From IMG/VR virus record IMGVR_UViG_3300029288_000003: a DNA stretch of 64,000 bases. One strand, written 5' to 3'. Below, in pieces: positions 63,954 to 64,000 of this stretch (its first letter is position 1; each line of letters starts with the position of its first letter). This DNA is from an uncultured virus (IMG/VR IMGVR_UViG_3300029288_000003) (Duplodnaviria > Heunggongvirae > Uroviricota > Caudoviricetes). Under the pieces are notes generated by a model that saw only the letters and a list, made by a program, of their open reading frames with translations, was not told where the DNA came from and ran no database searches. A program made the translations under genes and the position numbers.

Positions 63954-64000
63954 AATGAATCGAAGAGATTTCTTTGAATCCAGAGTACGTCCTGTACGCC

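Overview
The window is most of a tailed dsDNA bacteriophage genome, probably a siphovirus: it has a long tape measure, no sheath, and no integrase or host genes in view. Left arm (+, 0.46-31.4 kb): putative TerS, a GT4 glycosyltransferase, a membrane/Tat-protease/thioredoxin cassette, lambda GpA-type TerL, portal, scaffold, P22-like major capsid protein, neck and tail genes, a Cys-rich tail tip, and a family of modular Gly-Pro-Ser collagen-like proteins. A short minus-strand block (31.4-35.9 kb) encodes a DEDDh exonuclease, a dATP/dGTP diphosphohydrolase and a primase-helicase. A 0.5-kb non-coding region bounded by a 68-bp inverted repeat follows; it probably holds divergent promoters and the origin. 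Right arm (+, 36.4-64 kb): ParB-like proteins, tRNA-Met(CAT), PhoH, MazG-like protein, SNF2 helicase, papain-fold proteases, a C-methyltransferase plus HMW1C-like GT41 glycosyltransferase, RNA ligase/RlaP/phosphoesterases, family A DNA polymerase, VRR-NUC, sigma-like factor, DNA ligase, PD-(D/E)XK nuclease and a GNAT. The most interesting signals are: (1) a plug-and-socket set of short modules shared across collagen-fibre and tail genes; (2) a shared N-terminal leader on scaffold and capsid; (3) a phage-encoded protein glycosylation module; (4) a Tat-exported cysteine protease where an endolysin is expected; (5) sigma-54-type promoters. All calls come from motif recognition by eye; no database searches were run.
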